DNA of 64,000 bases from Haliotis rufescens (Eukaryota), in assembly GCF_023055435.1 (NCBI RefSeq), contig NW_025964361.1, forward strand, positions 31,744,001 through 31,808,000, in the 5' to 3' direction. The position numbers were made by a program, and so were the translations under genes. The notes beneath the pieces are model-generated. The model was given only the letters and a program-made list of their open reading frames with translations. It was not told the DNA's origin and made no database searches. Each line of letters starts with the position of its first letter. Within the stretch, counting starts at the first letter, position 1. Positions 14,291 through 26,149 of the stretch are shown in pieces.

Positions 14291-15198
14291 CACCTCACCT
14301 CACCTCACCGTAAGTAATATCACCTAAAAAGCAGAGTGCATTGGACGATTCTTACTATATATCACGTCCATGTGTTTCTGAAACACTATCAAACAGTGAT
14401 GATACCAGGTGTTTGCGAGATGGTAAGCGTATTCTGCCCTACCGGTGCCACCCGTCAAAAACTAAAATTAGTGGTCCCTTTGAGTTCGTTATAACCGTAG
14501 TTTACTGTATAATATAATTTAAAGTCTCCTTTCGACAGAATTGCTGCAGGAACCTTGACACGTAAATCATTACTAAACAGTCGGGGAAAAGAAAGTTTAC
14601 ACCCATGTTTGATGGTGGCTAAAGGGAAAAAAACAAGTGGTTATCCGATTATGGTGTATTTTATAGAGGTATATGAGAAAGCTACGTGATAAATCGCAAA
14701 GGACACTGAAGAACGAGGCGTGGTTTATTTTACGATAATACGTTTTTTTACCCTGACGTCATTTCTGGAGAACTGACTCCAAATTGATGACGTCGTAAAT
14801 TGGACGACGTATTTTTTTAGACGGATTGTATTTAGGGAGTCATCGTTATTTAAATACGGGTGAATAGATATAAGTTTGTATATTTATTAACATTGTTCGA
14901 GAGGCTATACATGATGTTGATGTCTCATATAAGAAATAGACGACTCGTGTTTGTACAGTAAAGGTTTTTAACACTGCAGGGAAAATAAACCCTGTGCCTA
15001 TCGTGGTTCATTTTCCCTGCAATGAGTTTCTATACGATAACACCCACCCACCCATCCACACACACAGTCGCAAGCTGATTATGAGGGGCATGACTAGTAG
15101 ACAAGCAGAGAATTATTAAATGCGGGAAGAGAAATACTTGAGTCCTCATTGGTCCCAAGTTAGAATAGGTCCGCAAGACCCTTATCCTTGTAAGAATT

Positions 15199-15356
15199 AG
15201 TGAGTATGGTTTTACGCCGCTTTTAGCAATATCACAGCAATATCACGGCGGGGAACACCAGAAATGGGCTTCACACATTGTACCCATGTCGGGAAGCGAA
15301 CCCGGGTCTTCGGCGTGACGAGCGAACGCTTTAACCGCTAAGCTACCCGACCGCCC
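15199..15356 (-). mobile_element. SINE family A nested in an old family D copy
   Basis: Interrupts the D hairpin module; cttgtaaga is duplicated on both sides. Confidence 0.88.
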
Positions 15357-15708
15357 AATTCTTGTAAGAGGCGACTTTACTGGTTTAGTTGGTCAGGCTC
15401 GGTAACTTGGTTGACTGGGGTCGTTTTGATCCGTCTGCGTGGGACATTGCATATAATATCAATATCTGGTTTGTCTGGTCCAGACTCGATTATTTACAAC
15501 CGGTAACGATATAGCTGGAATATTGCTGAGTGTGTCGTAAAACAAACGTCTTATTTCACTTGCCTTAATAATTAGAATATTAGAACAAGTCGCCGAGACA
15601 TTATACGGGATCTGTTTGAGTGAGTGGGGTTATTTAGGTTAGCTTTAAACAGATATTCAGTTATATCGCGACGTGTCAGCTTTGTGTGGGTGGATTCAAG
15701 ATGCAAGT

Positions 15709-15941
15709 GACCCGTGAAGAGTCCGGGGTAGAATAGGTCTTCAGCTTGTCGTAAAAGGCGACTAACGGGATCGGGTGGTCAGGCTCGCTGACTTGGTTGA
15801 TGCATGTCATCGATCCCAATTGCGTGGATCGATGTTCATGATATTAATCACTGGATTGTCTGGTCCAGACTCGATTATTTACAGACCGCCGTCATATAGC
15901 TGGAATATTGCTGAGTGCGGCCAACCAACCAAACCAACCAA
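15709..15941 (+). mobile_element. Family D retroposon (no tRNA head), inserted into a family B SINE
   Basis: Starts GACCCGTGAAGA; perfect 13-bp TSD tcaagatgcaagt at 15696-15708 and 15942-15954. Confidence 0.9.
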
Positions 15942-17339
15942 TCAAGATGCAAGTATTAGACGTTTACCACTTTGGTGAAACTTATGGCCACCGGCACGGT
16001 GCTGCCTAATTCCGAACCACAACGAGGGTTAATCTGGTATTCGATCTCATAGGCTTCTGGCACACTTAAGGAAGGCAACTCTGCACAGCGAATCGCGGTT
16101 CTTTGGACGACTGGGCCACCAATGCGACCTGTTTGTTAGAAAGACGTCATAACTCTGCCTACCCAGCACCATCGCAGGCCAAGGTCGGAAACAACAAACT
16201 TATAGATGTCGATCATTGGGATTTCCAGCATATTTATAACCATTGCATGCTGAGAGACACCATTGTCGATACTGCTCACTGTCAGCCCAGCTTGAATCGA
16301 TCACACCAACATCGTCCAGCAAAAACGCTAATATCACAACTTGATCTAAGCATACATCACATCACTGTCCAAACTATGCGCCCCATCACACAGTCATCAC
16401 ATTTCAGTGTTGTTGGATAATGTATTATTAGAAATATATCATCTGATACAGGGAGGGCAATGTCATAGGGACTGACAAAATGCTACACAAGTACACATTC
16501 TTTGTATCATCAACCTTTCACATGTCAAAGAAAATCGTTATTACATCGACGAGACACATGGGGTTAGACATCCCATAGTAGTTGCACTACATATTGAGTA
16601 CAAATAACATGGTTGTTTTAATTTGATATCGGCGGTGGTTTTTGACCTATCGGCATCTCACAACATCAGAGAAGACATATTATACAAACCGTATACAAGA
16701 AGTCGACTACAGCTTTAATCCAAAGGTTCAAAGGGACACAATGTCTTTGCAATAAATGACATGAACAGCAATGGTATTTGGTATGAAATGGAGTTTACTT
16801 TATGAAATAGAAGTGCATGTCATGAGAAGCATTCGCCATACAATCAATCACCATCGATGATCTGAAAATGTTCGTTGTCTTATAGAAAATAATAGTTCGA
16901 AATTGTGTTTTACTTGTAATCAGATGTACATTCAAATGTCTACCTTTTCAGCTGATATACTAGGCTACAACGGGAGGGAGTGGGGCTTGACTAACACCGT
17001 CAGATGTAGAACCTATTTACATGGGACGTAGGAAAGGGACGAGGGGTTAGAGGGCAGTGGAAGAGAAAGGCCTGCAATATACAAAGCCACGGCGAAGGGT
17101 TGCGTGAGGGATTAAGAAACATATATCTTCCACTGTCGAGTGGTTACCGTGACTGCAAGCCATCAAAACGAACATCTCGCTGGAGAAAGCAACTGTCGGA
17201 AGCAAAATACAAAGAACTCATTTTAAAATATATAGAGATCAGACATAGCCATCGGTTACTTCTACAAACCTATCAGACGTCTCGAGAGAACAACCAGTTC
17301 AATTACAACACTGAGCTGCAATGGTGAAACTGTAAAAAC

Positions 17340-18150
17340 GCCCAAAACATTACAACTCTCTGGCGCGAGCACTTGGAGGATGTAGCTACTGAGGCTAATT
17401 TCCATAATTCAATGAATATTGAATCAAAAGGAGTTTATTTTAGTCACAACTGATGAAATAAGAAACATGATAATAACTGTTAAAACTAATAAATGCCCTG
17501 GGCAAGATGGTATTATTTACGAACATCTGAAATATGCTTAAAACAGGTTCGTGGAACACCTTGTCCGAAAAGCCAACAAATTTATCAAGCTTGAATATAT
17601 TCCTAAATCATACCAAACGGGATATACCATTCCTCTTTATAAACAAAATGCCTAGGACAAAACAGATCCTCGGAACTACAGAGGTTTCACACTTACATCG
17701 GACATTGGAAAACTCTTTGAAAAGAAAAGAAAACAGTGATTTGAGGTAAACATATATCACGTGGTGTTAAGAGAGTTATGTCTGAATGGCTTTTTCATTT
17801 AAGAACTTCTGAAAAAATGAAGATCTACAACATATGGCATACACATAGCCAATGTGAACATACCAGGACCTCCTTTAGCTAATGACACACAGCCCTACCA
17901 CAAATTCTAAATGACTCATTCAACGACTATGCCCCAAAATGGCGCCTCGTGTATAACCCAACAATAGCTGCTCCACAATATTTAGTAATGAACAAAACCG
18001 ACACTTAAATCTAATATTCAAACTTGGACACACTATTGTAAAACGAGTACAAGAAACAAACTATGCAGGTGTGTTGTTAACAATGGTAGCTCCACACGTC
18101 GTGGTAAGTCAGACTGTGAAAAAGCTTCTTCAGCCAGGAACGCTTTGAAT
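17340..18150 (+). mobile_element. LINE reverse-transcriptase relic
   Basis: NKCPGQDGIIYEHLKYA, IPLYK...DKTDPRNYRGFTLTSDIGKLFEK and KWRLVYNP, with stops and frameshifts. Confidence 0.75.
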
Positions 18151-18369
18151 ATACTAAGTGCCAAAAGAAACGCAAACTGATGTTCCAACTTCCGATCTCA
18201 ATGACAACCAATAACAGTTATTTATTTGCACAAGAAAAGACACACATTGATAGAATAACATGTCTAAAAACGTTCCACTCGTTTTTTTAATTGTTTGATA
18301 GGCATTACTTAGAAGTTGACGGATGACAATGTAGACACAATGTATGGATAACAACTTCTTTAATACATA

Positions 18370-19450
18370 CCTTTAATACTATTGCAAGGACAAAAATATG
18401 GAAACGTGTAATACTTCGAAGTGCCCTTTATAGATGTAAACTATTTTCTCAACCTCGCGAAATCAGACATTCCTCCATTAGGTGGGGAACATAATGAACT
18501 AAATCACTTGGATTTTCAGATTTGATTCAAGCTATTTAAAAACTCTCTGAATTCGTACACCCTTGCAGGGTGTATATATATCCATATCATCCCAAAAATG
18601 TTCTATAGGGGAGAGGTCTGGAGACACGAATGCAGTACACGATGTAACCCTGCCTCAAAAAGTCTGTTACAATGCGTGTAACATGTGGGCGGGCATTAGC
18701 CTACTGCAACATGACGTTACGTCCCTGCCTTTTTTTACAAAGGGTAGAACATGATCTCAAACGATGTCGACCTGGTAGCGTACGCCATACAAACTGCCAT
18801 CAACTTCCATGAGTTGTGTACTTCCATGAGTTGTATACTTCCATGAGTTGTATACTTCCATGAGTTGTGTACTTCCATGAGTTGTGTACTTCCATGAGTT
18901 GTGTTCTTCCAGTTGTGTAGTTGCATTACACTTCCACCCACCCCCAACTGACGACTTTGCGTAACACAAGCGTCGCTAAAACGTTCTCCTGGACGCCTCT
19001 AGAGCCCCTGGAATCTTTGAACAGTATCCCATCCCAGGCTTGTCTTCAGATGCCGTCTTCACCAAACAAGACGTGCCTGACGGTGGCGTGGAAGTTAAAT
19101 TGGGCGTGACGATGGACGTCGGACCCGGTTGTTGTGCTTCCTCAACTGGTTGCGCACGGTTCTGTCACCTTATTGGTCTCAACCCAGGAATTGTCAGAGC
19201 TGTTAATGTGCCAGTTTTTTCGTTTCGCGTTATTCCCGTGTGCAGCATACCCGCAGTGGGTCAACGTTGATTTTCAGCAAGCCCGAGCATTGAGTTAGCG
19301 TTATTTACTTTTAAACAAAGGTGTTATGAGCACCTGCTGACTAAACAATCATTGCGTGCTGTTTACATTCAAAAAACAGTATCATGCTCCCAACAAACAC
19401 ACAAACATCAAAATAGTGAGCCGTGCACGTGCAAACTGTGAATTACGACC
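18370..19450 (-). mobile_element. Tc1-like transposase relic
   Basis: Minus-strand VMLQ*ANARPHVTRIVTDFL ... SPDLSPIEHFWDD (18585-18725), a decayed QDNARPH/SPDLxPIE motif pair. Ends approximate. Confidence 0.7.
18803..18915. repeat. 17-bp tandem repeat inside the Tc1 relic
   Basis: acttccatgagttgtgt, about 6.5 copies. Confidence 0.9.
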
Positions 19451-20688
19451 TTGAAGTCGAGGAGAATGAATATGTATTAACTTTATATGACACACAATAT
19501 GTATTAACTTATATGAAGCACAGTTACATTTTTCCCTCATTATATCTGCATATGTCATTGGCTTCATTCTGATAAAAGTCTCAGATTCCACTCAACCCTG
19601 AAACGTTTGTCTGAGAACACTGTACGTTCCTTCCAGATTGGTGCAAGTACTGAATCACAGCATATGATGTCGGAAGAAGCAATTGAAGGGGTAGGTAAGT
19701 AAGTGTTACCCTGGAATAGTTAAAAGACAGTAATAGTTACAAGAGTACCCGTTCTAAATTAAAAACCTCAGAAATTAAATAAAGTAAATTGTAAGTTTGT
19801 ATAATAATTGTAATATATAGTCGGTAGTTTAATAGTTCCTGGTGTACAGCTATTAAACAAGAACATGCCAGACAGTTCGCTAGTTCAGAGAGACGTCATG
19901 TCGGTGGATCGACAGCCCCGTGCAAACCGTTACCATGCCCTCGCTTCAGTTGCCATGCTGATCATTATAACAATATAGATGGATCATTAGACTGAAAGAT
20001 CCCACGTGGATCATATTCGTGAAACTGGATATTATAGTTATAATCAATAGACCCTGGGAGATGACATGTCGATACTGCTTGCCATCAATGCCGTTTTAAT
20101 CGATCACACGAACAACCTCTCGACAACAACAAAGCTCCAACCAAGAGTCAGTCCCACTTCTTGATCTGAGTCTATATTACAAAAAGCAACACTGTCCACA
20201 CTTCACACATTGTTGCCTCTATTTCACATCAAATACACACAGGAGGGAAAACAGATCAGTATTTTTTGGAGACTGTTTTATTAGAAACATAACATTAGCC
20301 ATAAGAAAGTCAAAGTTTGCGAAATGTCGCCAAAAGAATATAATGTTCTCAACCTTTTGTTGAAAGCAGATTTGCTATTAGGAGGACGAGACAACTAGGG
20401 CAAGTCACCCTTATTTGCTGCATTAAAATTTGACATTAAATGAGTGTTCTAACTTGATGTCTGTGGTGCTTTTGTCTCTTGTCCATCTCTTTACAACATC
20501 AAAGAGGGCATTATCTGTGGCCAGACATATACTAGAAAATGACTACAGCATTATTCTGAATGTTTAAAAGGAAACAGTCCTTCTCCAACGAAATGACTTG
20601 GTATCAACTGTTCTATTTAGGACAGGCTAAATCAATGACAGACACATTCATGTTGCATTTGTAAACAAAACTTAAAAGACAATGAGAG

Positions 20689-20865
20689 NNNNNNNNNNNN
20701 NNNNNNNNNNNNNNNNNNNNNNNNNNNNNNNNNNNNNNNNNNNNNNNNNNNNNNNNNNNNNNNNNNNNNNNNNNNNNNNNNNNNNNNNNNNNNNNNNNNN
20801 NNNNNNNNNNNNNNNNNNNNNNNNNNNNNNNNNNNNNNNNNNNNNNNNNNNNNNNNNNNNNNNNN
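20689..20865. other. Assembly gap (177 N)
   Basis: Run of N flanked by dinucleotide repeats. Confidence 1.
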
Positions 20866-20970
20866 TCACACACACACATTCGCACTCTCTCTCTCTCTCT
20901 CTCTCTCTCATTTCTAAGTTTCCTCCCACATATTTCACCAATCCATCATGTATAATATAAGCATCAGTTC

Positions 20971-21545
20971 AAGCAAGCATAACCATTTGAGGCGGTCGTC
21001 CTCAAACACAACTTGTCATGGTTATCAATGACAATGGAGTCTCGATGAGAAAGACACATTACGTCCGTTCTCAGGTTTTTCACAGAAATGAGTCAATTAA
21101 GTATATTTACTACACGGTCTGGCCCTTTAGTTCAAATGTTTTAGTAAAGTCACAGAAATGGACTATTTACTGTCTAGAAACTAAAGCAACACTCTTACAG
21201 TCGATCCACAAAGGTATCCTTGTGAAAATGGTCCATTCTGCAGGTTCTACGAATGGCGTCGTTTACTGTCTCCCTTTTCCCCTCATCGAATGTCGTCAAT
21301 ATATTTTCTTTTCTTCACAACGGATCAAGTCAAAACCCTCTTGTAAAGCTTCCAAGCACCAATCAAAACGAACAAGTCTTCAAACCATCCTACAAGATAC
21401 TATTCAAGAAGAAACCGATTTAATGTTTTGATCCCTACCAGATTGAATCAACACGCCTGATGCAAGAATATGATGCTATGTTCGATCCTTTAGGTCGGTT
21501 TGATTACCACAAAGCCGGGAGTGTTCCTTGAAGGTGACGCTACTA
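20971..21545 (+). repeat. Left arm of a ~570-bp inverted duplication
   Basis: Reverse complement of ~28540-29110; both arms give nearly the same ORF. Confidence 0.9.
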
Positions 21546-21682
21546 TTTGTTTCTCTGTTTTCTTGTACAAATGTGAACTTGAAAAAAAATTTAATGTTAG
21601 ACTCCTCTTTCAGCAAATCACCAATTTAACCGTGAAACTATCTAGACCATAAATACAAACATATAATGATCCGAAGGATAAA

Positions 21683-21733
<51 letters not shown>
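21683..21733. repeat. (ATT)n microsatellite
   Basis: Directly visible in the sequence. Confidence 0.95.
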
Positions 21734-22082
21734 GAATTCTCTGTCCTTTTTGACACCAATGTGATTGACAAGAATTAGAAAAACATGGCAAATACTAATA
21801 AATGTCATGTTTGCAACCAAAGCACCAAGTTGTCCGACTCCCCATTGTTCTCGATGCCTTAAGTTTGGTACCTCCCAATCTACTGACTGACATTGGGAGA
21901 CCAACCGGGTTTGCTGCCAGGAACACAGCCATTTTGACACTCTGGGTAATGCAGAAGGCTTCAGTATTGGGGAGGCTTCACATTCTCTGAAAAGTTCTTG
22001 GTGGGTTCGACAAGGCAGCGCTTCTTGCGAGAAGTCCAAGTCGCTGTTTGGGCTGCGTGTAGAAGGGCTGAGCTGATGAACC
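21728..22082 (+). mobile_element. 5'-truncated R4/Dong-like (restriction-like endonuclease) non-LTR retrotransposon fragment
   Basis: Broken reading IIEFSVLFDTNVIDK..KHGKY and PIVLDALSLVP...MQKASVLGRLHIL*KVL, matching the C-terminal RLE region of R4-type elements. Abuts an (ATT)n tract. Confidence 0.6.
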
Positions 22083-22084
22083 TA

Positions 22085-24090
22085 AAGTACTGTCGGAAAT
22101 GATAAAAAACTGCTTTTCTGGCTTCGCTTATCAATATGAGTCATAGGACTATAAAAAGAGCATCTATCAAAATAACAAGAATTGACCTAATCTAGCCTGT
22201 CCTAACTGTGATTACCCTTAAAATTTCCTTTTACGGGTAAAATGATGATAAACTTAGAAAATATTCGTGTGTTGTCATGCATATATGAAATGGCCTATAA
22301 CCTGAGGTAATAACCTAACACCTGTCCCGAGGTGATGACCTCACACCGTCCCGTGCATTCTCCCAGGTGCAAATGTCACCGAGTGGGGTGGTGGTCTCAA
22401 AATATTGCTGTTATTGTACTTAGTTGACATGCGTTGATGGGGTAGCAATTCAGGATATGGACTGCATTATATTTGCTTGGAAACACGATGGACTAGTCAA
22501 GAGCTATGAAACGGGATGAGTATTGGAAGGTTGCGGTTTGTGAAACCAGAAGTATTTGTTGTTCACAGATGGTTTCTTGAGGTAGCATCTATCTCCGCTG
22601 CTGACGTATATGAATCTGTACTTTTGAATGTTGTGTTATGTCTTGCTACGAACCCGTTACACTTAGCCAAGATGGGCACAACAGGGTTAAGCTCACAATG
22701 TCTGACTGGCCTACGTAAAACAACGTGACCGTGTTGTGCCCCCAGCACATATGTCTTGTACTTTCCTGGTTTCTTATTCAGCCGAATTTTCTCCAAGAGT
22801 TGAACATTCGTTTCATATGGTCTGAAGTGGACAATGTCATATATTCCTGTATGGTCGCCTTCAGACTACTCATGGTTTGGGCGACAGTATCTGATTCCCG
22901 GACGTTATAGCAATTGGCGTTATCCATGACATTAACACTGGCGTTGTTTAAAGTGGGCAATAGCTCAAGTTCCAATGTTCTATGAACACATCACTTCCTT
23001 ATGAAAATCACCATTTTTATTTTTATTTTATTTTTTGCCTCGTAAACTAGCACACATCCATCAATAAGCCCCATATCATGGTTTGCAGCGTGCAAAACAA
23101 TGACACGATTACCTTTACCTGACGGTACCATGGGTGCTTTTTGTCAATCTGCCGGTAGCCACATGTAGTCAGTGGAATAAATCATCAAGGTAAATTATCT
23201 GGACGCCCTGACTGTGATAGTTATGAATGGTTAGGGGATAATGTGACCTCATAGACAGGATGGAATATTTTCCCCTGAAAAGTGCTTGGTCATCGCCAAG
23301 CGCAGTGTATCGAAATCCCATCTCTTGGAGAGTAATAGTTAGTGCACTCCGGGAAACATTAATTGTATCTTTAATTCCTCCCAAATTCTAATACAAGTCA
23401 GGGTTACCATCTGCTCATACAGCCTGTACACTATACGCATATCAAAGCTGTCTAATATCCTTTTACTTCCCAGTTATGTTTTTGAGACCACCCCTATACC
23501 TGTTTTGTTTTCTTATCATACCGTAGACTTGATGGTATGAATTGAAAACCATATTGCTTGGGCAGTTCGGTAATTCACCCTATCTAAATTAATAAATGGT
23601 TTCCCTCTATCTCTCTTAAGTGTAAAGAACTTGTGATCATTTCCCAGTAAAGACTCCATATCGTGTACCAAGGTTATGGCGATGCAAGTGTAATGTAACA
23701 TGCATCATGGGAGCAATGTTAACTAAAAAACGCAGCGTCATTTTGTCATTTTAGAAAATGCACATCTAGAATTTACTCAAAATGATTTTTGTGTGTGGAT
23801 TGGATGTTTCATGAAGACTACATTATTATTAAAAAAACGGAGTCACGTGCGGATATTTCTATAGGCCGTTTCAGACTGTCATCATTGGACTCACATAAAT
23901 GTGAAGTTCCTGTTTTCGTTCGAATTGTCTCCTGTAAACTTCTCGATAGGAATCCTTGTGACTGAAATACTTCAAACCACGGGCAGGTCGATCTGTAGTT
24001 ACTCGATATTTCAATAACACCAGTCTGTGAAAAATAAATATCCTTTTTTTACAGGCAAAAAGCAGTTTTCTAGCATTTCCGACAGTACTT
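22085..24090 (-). mobile_element. Decayed IS630-Tc1-mariner DNA transposon, Sailor-like (~DD82E)
   Basis: ~33-bp TIRs AAGTACTGTCGGAAATG(A/C)TA(A/G)AAAACTGCTTTT, flanked by TA at 22083-84 and 24091-92. Frameshifted transposase motifs LQEMGFRY, IIYLDD, VPSGKGNRVIVLHA, VMDNA, HVVLRRPVRHCELNPVV..FVARHNTTFK. Confidence 0.85.
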
Positions 24091-25217
24091 TATACACCCT
24101 GACTCATATTTTATTTTAATCTGTACATAATAATAGGAATGTTAGGAAAGTGTATTACATTAATCATTACTTATGTAGGCATATGTTCCTAGAGGCTGCC
24201 TACCAATCAAGTGGTTTACAAAGGCACTATTGATTTGTTTTTCTTGGATCACCCATATGCCACATCTCTTTCCCCTAGACATCATCTCGTCATTTCTATG
24301 ACTGGTCTGGTCACCCACTTTGCTTTAAACCTGACGATACTCTTGGTATTCCAGCAGTCACAGCATCTTCTGATTTTGATATTTTGTTCGTTTAACTCTC
24401 GCATCTTTTTCTCAGCGTTCTCCTACTCATTTCTACATTTACCGGCATGCAGACAATCGTTCCAACAACGTTAAGATACATTACGTATTCATGAAGTTCG
24501 GTAGCATACAGGGATTTGGCAAAAACAGCTTTAAAGTGTTGTTATTTCAGCTATCAATTTACAAAACCGTTTGAACAATGAAACAAACTACTGTTCATCA
24601 TTTTCAAAATACAATTTTAAGAATTAAAAATTAGATTCATGCACACAATTAACTATGTGCCATATCAAATATGGTATTGTTAAAAACCCAGCCAAAGCGT
24701 GAGATCAGATCGCACCACAGTTAATTTGACCTGACAGTTGTATGAGGTCGATGTCATCAGCTGAGCAGTGCACCAACAAGCTCCCTGTTTCACGAGGTTA
24801 TATCTGGTCAAGGAAGTTGTCCGGGAACATTAAGTGTTGACAGTGACAGCTGATCATGGAAGCCACTTGTAAACATGTGCGGCAAGGCATGGGTCTCTTC
24901 ACACCAATCACATGCCCCCTCACAAGGCCGAGTGAGACAGAAGCCGTCCTCGAGGTGGCCGTTGTGACCACGTGTTGGAGTCATGGCGGAAGTCGGGAAC
25001 TTGAAATTCTCACTTTATTTGCTGAGGTCAACTTTTAATCATTTTTCTTGGAACTGATTTTTCTTCGCGCATGAACCATGCTCTTGTCGACACAAATGCC
25101 TAGGTCGTATTTGAATGTAATTATTTTTTGTGTTCTTCTCATTTACCGGAAAATTAAATGCATACCTTTCGCTGTGTGATGATTCACATTTACAACAACG
25201 TATCAAGGACACGATGT

Positions 25218-25478
25218 TTTGTTTGTTGTAGAACGCCGCACACAGCAATATTCCAGATATATGACGGTGGTCTGTAAATAATCGACTCTGCACCAGACAA
25301 TCCAGTGACTGATATCATGAGCATCTTTCCACGCAATTGGTATACGATGACCTGCATCAACCAACTCAGCGAGCCTGACCACCCGATCCCGTTAGTCGCC
25401 TCTTACGACAAGCATAGTCGCCTTTTACAGCAAGCATGGGTTGCTGAAGACCTATTCTACCCCGGATCTTCACGGGTC
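25218..25478 (-). mobile_element. Family D retroposon, full length
   Basis: Same body; TSD aggacacgatgt / aggacacaatgt. Confidence 0.9.
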
Positions 25479-26149
25479 AGGACACAATGTAGTCAAACCT
25501 AGACCGCGGTCCATGTATGCAATGGGCTACGGGAGGGGTGCGACACTGTATATAAAACGGCAACGCCAGACAATAACTAGTTTCGATTATCCGCCGAAAC
25601 AGATACCATTGGACGTTAAAGGCATAATAACGGGGAACATTATATGAATGGATCGCCAAAACTCAGTGGTGACACCGGGTGTTCGCGAAGTGGCTAGGAA
25701 TGTCCTTCCCTACCGGTAGCATCTGCCATCTACACAATATGCATAATAAAGTAAGCGTTTCTTTGTTGCATGACGCCGCACTGCTGTACTCCTGCCATTT
25801 GACGGCGGCCTGTAAATAAACCAAATAACCGGGCATCACTATGGTATAAGTAGCTGAGGAAGGGAATAGTAAGAGATAGTCACAGAGCAGGCGATGTCTT
25901 GTTACTTGGTATCTTTAGAGACTACTGAACAACAGATCCATGTTCCGGCTGAAAGTCATTGTCTAATGAACCGAGTGAATACAAGCGAGAAACCTTACGG
26001 TTGGTGAGTGAGTGAGTATGGTTTTACGCCGTCTTAGCAATATTCCAATATCACTGCTGGGGACACCAGAAGTGGGTTTCTCACATTGTACCCATGAGGG
26101 CAATCGAACCTGGGTTGATGTATGATCATTCATACACCTGTGAAATGTT

